A DNA stretch of 64,000 nucleotides from Octopus bimaculoides (taxonomy: Eukaryota). Of this stretch, positions 39,621 through 52,577 are shown piece by piece. The translations under genes and the position numbers were made by a program. Within the stretch, counting starts at the first letter, position 1. Every line of letters starts with the position of its first letter. The stretch spans positions 67,792,188 to 67,856,187 of the forward strand of contig NC_068989.1 of NCBI RefSeq assembly GCF_001194135.2, in the 5' to 3' direction. The notes under the pieces were generated by a model, which made no database searches, was not told where the DNA came from, and saw nothing but the letters and a program-made list of their open reading frames with translations.

Positions 39621-40119
39621 AGACGAATACCATGCGGCCGGATTTAGAGAAAAGCGCAACCAATAGAAACCATTGGCGTCATATTGCTGCCCAATGTGAT
39701 CGAGAAGAGTAAACTGATACTGGTAGTGATCATTCAATATTATATTTTCTCCTCTTATAATCGGTAACGTTAAAACTATAAATATGATAAAACCACTAAT
39801 TTCGTAGGAAGGAAAATGGTTACTAAATATAGGTAGTGACAAGGGCGTACCTGTAGGATCCCGACTGGTTACCACACCGAATACAAAAAGAAACAAACAA
39901 AAAAAAAATCTCAATGTGAAGCTAGAGGGTGATCAGCAAAGATGACAAATGAAAAGAACAAAGATTCTCACCGCATTAGGTTTCAGGATAATACTGACAA
40001 ATACGCCGCAATTAAACCAAGCCAAGCTAAATAGTTATTTTACAAAGATCTGATGACTAAAATAGTAAGTCCACCCAAGCAGGATTTGTGCTTTAATCTA
40101 CAAGGGACAAAACTAAACA

Positions 40120-40930
40120 TTGCTTTCAATTTTTGGCAGAAGGCAAAAAATTTTGGGGGAGTAGAAGACGATTACATAGAACCCCAATGCTCAGCTGGTA
40201 CTTATTTTATAGAATATCAGTCGTCTAGAGGTGAATGAGGAGAGGATTTAGTCGTTGGCTTCACTAACTGCAACCCTTCAAAATTACTAACTTTGTGATT
40301 ATATTAGTTTCAAATTTTAGCACAAAGCTAGCAGTTTCGGGTAAGGATGAAAAGCAAAGCCGGACTCGGTGCAATTTGAACTCAGAATGTAAAGACGGAC
40401 GAAATGCAGTAAAGCATTTTTCCCTGCGTGCTAACGGTTCTGATTGCTCACCGCCTTCAAATAAGTAAATACTATACAGCATTTTGTCCACTGCTGTACT
40501 GCTTCTATCAGTACACTGCCCTCTAATAAAAGGCCAGAAACTTCGGAGGTGGAGGGAATTTAAGTCGATTAAATCACCCCCAGTAGTGTGGCTATTTCAT
40601 TTGATTGAACATGGGAAGATAAATGAACAAGTTGATCTTGGCAGGATTAAAATTCGGCAAGTAAAGAGCTGGAAATATTGTTAGACATTTTCTCAAGCGT
40701 TCAAATGGTTCCGCTAATAACCCATCCACTATTGTTACTAATGTAGGCACAAGGCCTAAAACTTTTGGATTAGGAGTTAGGCGATAACATCGACCACCAG
40801 TGCTTGACTGGTACTCTCATTTATGGGTACAGGAGGGATGAAAGGCAAAGATGAACTCGGTTGGATTTGGACTCTGCAAATAAGGAGTTGGAACATATAC
40901 TACATGGCATTTTCTCCGATGCTTTTTACC
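40120..40930 (-). mobile_element. Cluster of about four same-orientation family A SINE remnants
   Basis: Remnants at ~40120-40260, 40300-40460, 40520-40680 and 40745-40930, each with SINE core motifs. Confidence 0.7.
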
Positions 40931-43060
40931 TCAATAATTGTTATCTTGGATTCTGAAAATAGATTTATGCAAAGCCGAAGCGCAAGACATACACATACAC
41001 AGAAAATACAGAACATAGCATTGCTAGAAAACCACCGAAACACAGAAATGCTGCATGCACCCAAGTCACACATAGATGCGATTCGTTGAGCCAATCCACC
41101 ATCCATTAATGATAATAACAAGTTCGAGCTGGATACAATATATTATTGGTACATATTTTATCTGCGATTGAATCAACTCCTCTGCTACATTTACAACTAC
41201 TATTATTAATATAAATGTCAATAGCAATCATTATATCAATGCAGAAATCCATCATTATGAAATAGAAATCCTCAGAGAAAGGGAAAAGATTTGCGATGTT
41301 GACTCCTTTCATAAGGAACCAAAGTGATTTAAGCAAAGTGATATTTCCTTAAATGAGATTACTGCTTGTGAATGCAGTTAGCTGCGAACTACAAAATTAA
41401 TTTCTTCACAAACGCAATACCTCACATTGATAAAGGTGAAAATATGTTATGTTAAGGAGTCACAAAATGACATCTTAGCGATGTTAGTTAAGTGGGTCTA
41501 TCCAGAGATTTAGAACTGAATAGCGTTTTGATCTGTCGATAGTTGACCTTTGTAATAAGGCAATAAAGACTTATTCATTATAAAGGCATAAATATTTTTC
41601 AATAAATAAAATTTCTTTCCCATAATTGTGATAGATATAATTAACAGATTAACACCTATTGGGTATCTGAAGAACGACACAAAGTTATATGTATAACATA
41701 AAAAGTGTACTTACCGCTGCAGGTCGATTAGTCGATTAGTCAGTAGCTTACAATAAGCGCATTCTACCTATCAATAAGTAAGAAAGCGACTTTGAACCAG
41801 GTTGTCTTAGGTGCCATGTATACGTTGTAACGATTGAAGGCATAAGAACCGGTAGGTTGATATCGTGAGTTGCTTTAATGTATACTAAACAGACACCTTA
41901 TTGAATATTAACGAAGAGAATTTACTGATAAATACTAAACTCCATGCTAAGAATCTCCACAAAGAGGAAGCTAAAATAATTAACGAATGTTTGTTATGCA
42001 ATGAAGAATATATATATTCGTGAAACATGAATGTGGATAGGCTAATCGCCGTTGTATTTCATTTCCGGACACCAACTTCTCCCATGTGATGATGTGTTGA
42101 CAACACACTTGATTCAGTGACGTAGGAAGCACTTTGAAACATCTGGATCACTGGATCTAAAAGCGATTTCCATCGATTGCCTCCTTTGATCGGTCTAACT
42201 GGGAACTCGTAATATACATTGACCTTCTAATTCCACCATATATTCATATACATATTACCATCTTCTTTTGATATCGAAGTGATTATATATATATATATAT
42301 ATATATATAGTAAATGAAAGGCGGAATATGGAAGGTACGAGAATTTTTATTAATCACGACAATCGTTTCGACGCATCAGTGTCTAGTGTTAGATTTAATT
42401 GACAACGTCTTTTTCACTGTAATTAATAAGGGGGTGTCAAAAATTATACGCACTCTTGTTTTTTCAATGCATTTAAACAAAAGCAGGGGATATACAAATA
42501 CGTCAGTTTTCTATATAGTCTCCTTCCTGAGAAAGAAGAGTTCTAGAACTTTTCTTTCTCAGACTGGAACGAACACNNNNNNNNNNNNNNNNNNNNNNNN
42601 NNNNNNNNNNNNNNNNNNNNNNNNNNNNNNNNNNNNNNNNNNNNNNNNNNNNNNNNNNNNNNNNNNNNNNNNNNNNNNNNNNNNNNNNNNNNNNNNNNNN
42701 NNNNNNNNNNNNNNNNNNNNNNNNNNNNNNNNNNNNNNNNNNNNNNNNNNNNNNNNNNNNNNNNNNNNNNNNNNNNNNNNNNNNNNNNNNNNNNNNNNNN
42801 NNNNNNNNNNNNNNNNNNNNNNNNNNNNNNNNNNNNNNNNNNNNNNNNNNNNNNNNNNNNNNNNNNNNNNNNNNNNNNNNNNNNNNNNNNNNNNNNNNNN
42901 NNNNNNNNNNNNNNNNNNNNNNNNNNNNNNNNNNNNNNNNNNNNNNNNNNNNNNNNNNNNNNNNNNNNNNNNNNNNNNNNNNNNNNNNNNNNNNNNNNNN
43001 NNNNNNNNNNNNNNNNNNNNNNNNNNNNNNNNNNNNNNNNNNNNNNNNNNNNNNNNNNNN

Positions 43061-43108
<48 letters not shown>

Positions 43109-43518
43109 TACATAGGTATTTCACTGCGTGTATGAGTGGTGTTAGTGTGTGTATGTCGAATAATTGGGGAGAAAGATGTTTGATATTCAATTATAAGTTC
43201 TTAATGACATAAAATTGATATTGAAATAAAGATGATATTTTATTACATTTACATATGAAATTCAATCTTCTTGCTGTTTCAACATGTAACGTTAACTAAT
43301 GTTACGGATTTGACGCACGCAGACGCACTTACGTAAATACACACCGTAGCCTACTCGTAGTCATACATTGATTCATATATAGACAATTTTTCCATGCTTG
43401 TGCAGTTAAATAGCTTTTTCGTTGTCACTATTTAAGGAGCGTGCCGTTTCTAACATGCAGGCTTTCTTATTTAGTTAAGCCAGTTAAAAAGAAACAACCA
43501 GCTATGTGTGGTCTTGAA

Positions 43519-44898
43519 TCATCTTGCAATGAAGACCACATATATAATTAAACATATACCAACAACAACACATATAATTTTATTTTTACATAAAAGCTGT
43601 GCTCTAGACTTACCTAGAAGTGTTTCTATTCCTGATCTTATTTTAACTTTTACAAACAATTTATATCTTATAAACAAAATGAAAGAAACACAGAAGAAAA
43701 TCAAACTTTTCCAAATTCCGTATTCATATGTATTTTTAAACAGACTGTTCAAGTTATTTTTGCATAATTCCAAATTTTCTGTATCACTTTTTCTAACAAA
43801 ACGCAGGTAATTTGTTTTACTTGGAACATCTTCCATCAAGAAAGTTTCAGATATTTTATAACGGTATTGTGTTCTTTGAATTTTCACAGTATTAGATATA
43901 TTTTTTAATATTTGCAGTGCATGATTGTTAGTCTGTTTATGATCTGTAACACCAAACATAAGTAGAGAAAATTGATAAAATGGGTGAGAAAATCGTTCTA
44001 TTACATTGTAATATGCATACAAATAACTTTCTGTTTGTAAAGATGTATTTAATTTTTCTGCTAGTAGTCCGTTCCAAGCATCATCGGGCATAAAAACATG
44101 ATTGCTTAAAGAGGCAATGTACAGTTTATTAATGAAATTAATATGTGCCACATAACCAACTCCGTCACAAAAATACGGATAATTATCACCTTTATAAAAC
44201 ATTGACATGCTTATGTTTCTGAGTATGAATAAGCCTCTGTTTGTTGCACCACCTTTACGAAAACATATTGTAAAACGGTTGTCATATCCATCAAGAGTCA
44301 TATGATAATGGAGATAATGCATCAATTTGTATTGATCTACGAAAAGCTCATCATTCATAACAATGACATATTCGGCGTTGCTACAGAATTCAACGCTCCA
44401 TTTCCACGCCATTATTACTTTCAGTGAAAGATTTGCATAAGACTCTAAAAAATCTTCTTGGATGATGTCTCGGTATTTATCACTTTCCTTCTGAACAAAG
44501 GATTGTATTGTAGAATTGTTTGTTGTACCCATTAGGAAAACCTGTTTAACTATTGTATGTGTGGAGCGTATGTCATTTGGAATATAGCGAATATTATCCC
44601 TTTGTATTTGACGTCGATTAAAATTGTGGTAGACAGTTCGAACAGCATATAGGAGAAGTATTTTGTCTTCATTAGAACAAATGTCTGGTTCGTTAATAAT
44701 TTTTTAAAAGTTATGTTCGTATGGTTGTGGATTTTCATAATAGTCTTTGGGAATCTTTGAATTTTTCGGTCTTTTTATGAAAGTAACTTCCGTGTTTTTC
44801 AGTGCAGTCTTCCTTTTCTCGAAATAGGATTGGTGAGAATTTTCTGATGCGTTTGCCATGCCTAAACAGGAATAAAAGGAACTCGTTATACTACTCAT
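43519..44898 (-). pseudogene. Intronless glycosyltransferase family 31 (beta-1,3-galactosyltransferase-like) frame broken by an in-frame TAA at 44704-44706
   Basis: ORFs 44704..44898 and 43519..44532 share one frame. The 57 codons between them are open: HNF*KIINEPDICS...ILLLYAVRT...NFNRRQIQR...VKQVFLMG. GT31 motifs: ESDKYRDIIQEDFLESYANLSLKVIMAWKW, YPYFCDGVGYV. Confidence 0.8.
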
Positions 44899-45742
44899 AG
44901 AAATAAAAGAAAATTTCTATATTGAACAACACTATCAAAACACTGCAATTATAAAACTCCAATCAAATGTTCAAGATCCTCTCACTGGTTTCCTTCTGCT
45001 CTTGCCAAAATATGAGGTAAATTTAAGCTTCTAAAGCTAACACATTTGTTAATACTTAAGCAACCAATAAGTACCAATTTAGTACCTAAGTCGATGTAAT
45101 CGACTATTCCTCCTCTTTTGAATTTGCTGGCATTCGGCCCAAATTTAAAATCAATATTTCAGCAACCATTATTGCACTCATAACGAAAACTCTTCAAATT
45201 CTCCATTTGTCAGTCTGCTTTAATCTAAATTTAATCCACGCTTTATTTGTCAGTATCTACATTAATCCACATTTTATTTCCTTATCCATTAATATAATCA
45301 AATTCTTCATTCGCTATGCTCTATCAAATTTATTGATTTAGATGAGAACTCGGTTATTACATCCAGTCTCTTAATCCTATAATTTATTTCTAGTCATTCC
45401 TATCTCTTTATCCCCACATCTATCTAGCAGTATCTAACAAACTTAGTTCATATATGGAACCTACTAAAATAGCTAGCATGAAAAACAACTCAAGATTTAC
45501 AAACTTTCACGTTATATTTCTTCCTTTCTTAGGAGATAGAAAATACTAATGACCATTTTCTGGTGAATTTCTTTCGCAATATCTCAAGGTATTACAAAAT
45601 TACAATTAAACAGGTATTAGTAAGGTTCTGACAATGTATTGGTGAGTAAATTTCTCAGCAAATCGGTTTTATGTAGATTGTACATAAAGGTATGCATATA
45701 AATTTAACATAATCTCCTTGATATGATATCTTGTGGAAAGTC

Positions 45743-45935
45743 GGCGAGCTGGCAGAATCGTTAGCACTTCGGGCAACATGCTTAGCGGCATTTCGCCCGG
45801 CTTTATGTTCTTGTTCAAATTACGTTAAGATCGACTTTGCCTTTCATCATTTCGGGGTCGATAAAATAATAGCCATTTGAGTACTGGGGGTCGATATAAT
45901 CGACTTATCTCCTTCGTTGTACCAAATTTTGTCAT
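45743..45935 (+). mobile_element. SINE family A
   Basis: GGCGAGCTGGCAGAATCGTTAGC head and GATCGACTTTGCCTTTCATC core. Confidence 0.85.
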
Positions 45936-47606
45936 TAGCATTCTTTTCATCTTTTAACTTTAGTATCTTTAAAGTAGTGTAAACATTTGTAAACATGCTT
46001 TCCTCAACTTCAGAACTTCTCTAGTCTCCTGCAGATTAAGCAACATATTACTCGGTTACTTTTCCATTTAAATTCAGCAATATGTTTATATTTAACAGCG
46101 CACGGTATGTTTACTGTATCTTATCACGCATGTTTGATATATCTGAGCATTGTCTAAAGTGTACTTGGCTTTTCTGGAGTGCCAAAATATACTTCATCTC
46201 TAATTATAGTAATGCAGTTTCAGCAAGTCAAAAAAGAGAAAGTTGTATGAAATACTGTTCTTATATCAGGGTTAGTCATTTACCTTCAATCAATTCAAAC
46301 AACAGTGAAGTGGGACAACGTGTATGACATTAGAGTGATAACAAGAATTTCATTAACATATATTATAATATGAGACGTGTTTCTCTATCCGTTTTTCACA
46401 TACAATATTCAAAGCAAAATGATTTTCAAGCAATTTGAACGGAAAAACGAAATTATAAGCGTACTGAATCTATTCAATTTATTTATTGAATTCACATATG
46501 CTACACAAAGAATAATGAGGGGTAAAGACAGGGAGACTAGAAGAAGAAAGAGAGAGGCAATAAAAATAGTAACAAATGTACAAAAACCTTCAGTCAGTAA
46601 AACAGTTAGTTCTGCTGTAAATCTATGATTTATTGAGCACAGTTCCTTCAATCGCTTGAAAGTACTTACTCTGGAGTTAAGTAAGCAATTTCATTTACGA
46701 ATGAGGATGTTTGGGATACAATATTTCACTGAAATGTTACGTTAAGATTGCGGACAAAATTATTATATATAAATTTCCCTTTGACACTCATTGTCTGCCA
46801 CATATATGTATATACTGAGTATGTAGAATATGAAATAAAGTATTTTAAAAATAAACATTTTTAGTTAAAAAATATTAAAAAAAAAATTGTTTGAACCTTC
46901 CCAGAAAAATCCAATTTAAATTTCAGTAATTTACACAATTAAAAAGTGCCTAATATAACGTGTTTTATTAAAAAGGAAAATGAAGATGAAGTTTAATAAC
47001 TTATTCGTTCTTTCATTGATTCTTTGTATTTAACCTGAATATATTTTATGTTAACAGTAGAGTTTTACATGGACGAACAACCTAAATTTAAAGTTTTACC
47101 ATGTTTCCTTAAGCAAAACAAAGGGTTTTCTAACAAACACATGAACAAAACAATGCAAGTGATACAATAAACTTCACCATATTCAGTCACGTCATTGCGA
47201 TAGTTTTATCTGCCGGATGTTTGTTGAAAAGTAGTAGGTTGTAGTATTATGAAACTATTCTAGATGTTCCTTGAGAAAATGATAGACATATTTGATTGTA
47301 AGACGAAAGATATTGAAGTCTAAACAATGATGGACGGGTATACGTCGTTTTCTTTAGATGCGTTACAATGATGGCCTAAATCATCCCTAACTAATAAAGA
47401 TAGTGTTCGTTTATATATTCGCATAGAGTTATTATATTCTTTTGTGGGTGAGTTATAGAAGGATATACCATCAAAGAACATTGTTTCCTGTCAGCCGATT
47501 AACTATTCCATTTGAGTAAGAAAAAAAGTATGCTTGTGGTATTTCTAGTTCTGTGAGGCGTCCATACTTGATCAGGATTGGATACTGCACTTTGATTTCG
47601 AAGATG

Positions 47607-48480
47607 TACGGGGTACCCCCAAATAACCGCAAACGTTCTCTGTGGGACAAACCCGTTGCAGTTCAGTCTTTCTCCACGAGAAATCACTTGATGCATCTCT
47701 CAGGCATCAATATGCTGACCGGCGTTGTCGAGTGTAGACCTACTGCCACGTAGTGCGTCTTTGCTTTGCAGTACTTCTCCCCTGCTCGTCGATTTTTGCG
47801 ACGGCTGAAACGAAGGAACAGCTTGCTTCCGTTAAATTTGTGTTTTCTGCTGGAAAAAACGGCGGCCGAAATAGTTGTCATGCTCCTAACAGTTTACAAT
47901 GATGCTGTCATGTGCAAAATACAAGTTTACGAGTGCTTTTTAAGATTTAAGAATGGTCACTTGTTGCTTGAAGACCAACCTCGTTCAGTGCATCCGTAGA
48001 GCTCTTGAACGAATGAAAACATCACGAAAATTCATGAACTGATTTTAGAGGATCGTCTCCGAACAATTGACGAACTTGTTAATATGACTGGTGTGTTCTG
48101 GAGCTCTTACCAACGACTTTTGAGCGAGGAATTGCGAATGAAAAGAGTTGCAGGAAAATTTGTGCTCCGCTTGCTCACAGAAGGTCAAAAGATCACGGAA
48201 GATCACGGAAGATTACGGAAGATCAAAAGCTCATCACTATTGACGAAAACTGGTGCTACGGAATTTGCAGATGTGGAGGAGGTGAAGAAAAAACGACAGA
48301 GGTTAAAAGGCGTCATTTTGCAAGAGTTCCAACACTGCTTCGAACAGTGGAAAACGCGTCTGGACCGATGCGTTGCTTCAAATAGGGAATAATCTGAAGG
48401 CGATAAAAGTGTAAACATGTAAAACTAAGTGAATAAAATATTATTGCAAAATTTCGACTTCTTTTGAGTACCCTCTCATA
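47607..48480 (+). mobile_element. Internally deleted mariner with both TIRs and TA TSD
   Basis: TA-CGGGGTACCCCCAAA...TTTTGAGTACCCTCTCA-TA. N-terminal HTH (CFLLEKTAAE...FKNG...EDQPRS; MKRVAGKFVLRLL) is joined to the C-terminus (FQHCFEQWKTRLDRCV); the DDD core is absent. Confidence 0.85.
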
Positions 48481-50164
48481 GTCGAGATTTCTGGATACAA
48501 ATTGACCGTGCAATGTTAATGATATGAACCTGATGTAAAAAGACATAATAATGAGGCTAAAGTATAATTACCAGTTCTAAATGACTGCAGCGACGATACC
48601 ATGACACAAAACAGAATCCAAGTTTTCATTAAGGGCAACATCTTTGATTCTATAATAATAATAAAACAAAAATCATCAGAATTGTAATGCATTCTTTCGA
48701 TAAAATATTGATCTGTAAAAAGTTTTTTGTGTGTTTGTTAAAGAAAACAGAGTAAGATATCTCATGTGAATTTTTAATCCAAGGAAGGAAGAAATTTATG
48801 TAACATATCAAAAACAACTATGTGCTACGTTTATATGGTATAATGAAATGTAAGATTACACTATATAATCTAATATAATGAAATATATCATCAGTATAAT
48901 ATAATATAAAAGTATATGATATAATATAAATAATATATAATATAGTATAATATAATACATATTATATCGTTACATAGAGAAACATTTTCCCCCTAACCAC
49001 ACACACGATGTTCGTCTTCTTCATAAACTCTACCCATATAAGAGAACACCATAAGACCACATCCTACTTAATCGTGGACAATAGTCAACAAGAACCCTTC
49101 TAATCAATCAAATGTTGAATCTGGGTATCATTTAAGTACCACTCGTAGCAAAAGTCCATTGTTAGTATCCTAACTGATGGCCCTTTTCTTCCTCGTTAGA
49201 ATTTACTTCACCCCTAACAATTACTGTAAGTCTACAAAATTCAGGTAACACCCGCAATTAGGCAGTACTTTTATATCTGGAAAGGTGCTACAGTACTGAC
49301 ATCAACTACATCTAGAAAAGAGTCACCCGACTGATTGACATAAGGTCACTCATAGGTATGTTCAAGTCTCTGACCCACCGCCTCGGTGTCTCTGCTCTCT
49401 GATATTTCTACCATTATATAATGGCTTCTACTCCTCGAAACTGGTTTAGCACCTGCCTACCCAATCGCAGCATTCCCGATCCACTCATTTCTCTTTCTCT
49501 TATCAATCTTGTTATGTCCAAACTTCTTAGGCCTTACCTTAACCCCTACTCCACAATCCTTCCTACCAAGAACGTCGGCCCTCTGTAACTCCATCTCTAC
49601 TCACGTTTTCTCTGCAACTGTTGACCTACAAATGTTTAAGAGGAACATTAATAGCACTAATCTCACTATTTAGGAAAGCCTTTGACCTCAAATTTAGACT
49701 TATATTCTTTTAGGGGACAGGAGATAGTCTTCATTCAATGTAGTTTTGGCTGCTTTCGAAGAATACACGGAAGTTAATGCAGTATGTGAGTGTAACGTGT
49801 TGTTAGTGTGTTTTCAAGTGTTTTCTCTCCTGTACTCAATAAATTTCTAAGTAATAAATTATGATAAATGTTCAAATGTTCGATAAATTTCATAGCATTA
49901 TTGCTTGATACTTCAATAAGTTTCAAAGAAATGGATTATATTAGCAATTAGATTCGATGAAGTCTTTAAAAATAAGAAAATGTTTTCTCACAAATTTTGT
50001 CGCATTATACGAAGTAGAAATATTCTTAATTTCTTTTACTTGTGAGAACTTGAACTCTTTCAATAACGTCCTTTGCTTTTCATCTGCCTCTAGCCTAGCT
50101 TTCTGGTTGACTGACTGCATGAGAATGTCATCCGTTTGTCAAATGAGGCACTCGTGCAGTCAAA

Positions 50165-50323
50165 TATTCTTTTCTACTCTAGACACAAGGCCCGGAATTT
50201 TTGGAGAGGTGTCCAGTCAATTAGATCGATCCATGTACTTAATTTATCGACCCCGAAAGGATGAAAGGCAAAGTTGACCTCGGCGGAATTTGAATTCAGA
50301 ACGTAACGACAGACGAAACTCAG
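50165..50323 (-). mobile_element. 5'-truncated SINE family A
   Basis: 15-bp TSD GCAGTCAAATATTCT at 50156-50170 and 50324-50338. Confidence 0.88.
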
Positions 50324-50869
50324 GCAGTCAAATATTCTCGGCACATTTTGGTTCTGCCATACTTCACTTGCTTGTCAATCATTTGGATCAATTGTTTTTG
50401 TCCAATAATAATTCAGTACTCTAGTTTATTGATTTTCTACCTTTGTGGGAATATTTATTTTTCAAATATGTTGTTTACTTGTTTACTTCTGACAGTCGTT
50501 CAGCGTCACGGTTGGCTGATTCCCTTATAACGTCAGTTGATTTTCTTTAATGACTGATGATGTTATTTAAGGTATTTCCTGTTTGTATTTCGAAGGTGGA
50601 GGTGATTAGTCGAGTATGTAATTGTGATTTTAGTACAGAAATTTGTGTATCTAAGAAATTGACTTTCAAGGGCTACTAAGAACTATTTTCCGAAGAAAAT
50701 AGGTATTCTTGGCCAGAATAAATAACATCATTAAAGATAATTATATACTATAAATACACACAAAGAAACTTTTAAGCTCATAGTGTGCATAACGGATTAA
50801 CGGAGATTCTTGCCTCTCACAAAATAGAAACATTTCTCATGGCACCAGCAGACAAAATGAAAAAAGCGT

Positions 50870-51115
50870 TACCCCGGAGGACAGCGAGGGGGATGCACAG
50901 GAACAGCTAATCTGACTCATAGGGCTCGTACTTGCGGACAGTATCGGCGCCCCTGTAGCGGTGAGCAGGGATATGGTCCGTGAGACAAGAATGCGGAGGT
51001 CTCAACTGCCACAGGCTCGACCATAAACCTGTAAGAAAGCGACCGATACCTTGACAGTTCTTTATTTTTCTCAGCTTGACGTGCAGCAGAGCCTCGGCTG
51101 GTAGCTGACAACATC
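50870..51115 (-). mobile_element. CRE-like RLE-type LINE C-terminal remnant
   Basis: AARQAEKNKELSRYRSLSYRFMVEPVAVETS resembles the RLE 'K..KY..L...F.P.AVET.G' block. Confidence 0.5.
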
Positions 51116-51339
51116 AAGTTGCCGCTGGAGATGGTGTCTAGTCTCGCTGGCTCAAACTGGGAAGGAAAGCCTGCGGCGTTTAGACCATGCTTTATGATCT
51201 TGTTAAGGGCGGAATGGCGTGGAAGGTGGCTAGCACAATGGCGGCATGACAGTGCGTGGAGGATGAATATTTTAAAGTATTTTTGTTTACTTCTTTTCGT
51301 TTGTCTCTAAGTGTCCGGTTTTGACCTAAAATAAAATCC

Positions 51340-52577
51340 AGTCGATCTGTTACGAAAGAGAGGAAAAATTAAACATTCTCCAAATGACCCGCTCTGACCC
51401 CCAAAATTGGTTAGGGCAAGGCATCACATATTAATTCAAGTCACTCCGGCGGACTTAAAGGAGATCCTCGATTGTATGATGATCGGGGAAGAAACTATCT
51501 TAACAATCCATGTAGAGGGGCGAAATCCCCGGTGTTTTAAATGTGGCAAAAAGAGCTACCTAAAAGCAGAGTGTGACACCCCAAAAAATGAGGACACTTC
51601 TGCTACAACAGAAGAAGAGGAAAAGAAAACGGAATAACAACCAGAAAAAAGAAAGGAACTAAAAAAAAGAAGAAAAAGGGAAATACAAAAAAATGTGTGT
51701 TTTCTCAGTTCAGAGTGGAAATAGGCACGTATCTACGACAACCTGAGGTCAGATCTACCTTGTATTGTTAGTAAACAAACTGATTTCTATCGACGCCTTG
51801 AGAACTTTCTCGTGACCTCAAAGACATTAATCGTGTTAGGTGACTTTAACGCTACTTTGGACGCACGCCAGGATAGCATTGGCTCGGCAGATAAGAGGGG
51901 AAACATACACCTCACCGATTTGCTTAAGTGTTTTCAGCTGGCAGATCTTTACAGACTGGACCACCCGAACATCCCAGTGTCGACCTGGACTAATGGCGAC
52001 AGATCGCGAAAGTCTTATCTAGACAGAATAGTGGTAAGAACTAGAGATAAGACTAGTTTTAGTTATCCACAGTTCTTTTTGGTCCCCTACACGGATCACA
52101 AATTAGTGACGTGTAGGGAGATATCATATAGAGTACATAGATAGGGATCCGGCTATTGGAAGCTGAACAAGGCCATTTTGTCTTGTGAGGCATACCGTAA
52201 CCGGATTAAGGGGTTAGTTCAGAGGGCTTTAACTGGCACCGTGTTGAATAACAGGTGATGGGTAGCCCAAAAATGAGCCACACGTTTTGACTCAATTAGG
52301 TTTAGTCGCCAGCTAAGTGTAGATAAAACTAGAATAAAGGGTAATTTACTTAAGGACTTAGAAGAGGCGTTGAGGTTGGGCTCTGCATCCCAAGTTGTGA
52401 CAGCGAGATCGGCCTTGGATCGACACCTCAAAGCCAAACACGAAGGATGCAGATTTCGGGCAAAGTACGTGCGTTGGGACGCGAGGGAATTACCGTTGCC
52501 GGATGGGTCCGTACGATAGAAACCCAGCGTGGAAATGATGCCACAATTAGGTTGAAGGACAGCCAAGATGAGCGAAG
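51340..52577 (+). mobile_element. Tx1/L1-clade LINE: ORF1 zinc knuckle and APE endonuclease, 3'-truncated
   Basis: PRCFKCGKKSYLKAEC; LIVLGDFNA, SYLDRIVV, YTDHKLV, GSGYWKLN. Confidence 0.85.

Noticed and set aside
44704-44706. TAA rescued to TGG by A-to-I editing
   Set aside because: It needs two edits and the aligned residue is Lys, not Trp; a nonsense change or assembly error is simpler.
46664-46669. Minus-strand GTAAGT donor as the GT31 5' UTR exon end
   Set aside because: A lone hexamer is expected by chance and cannot be linked without transcripts.
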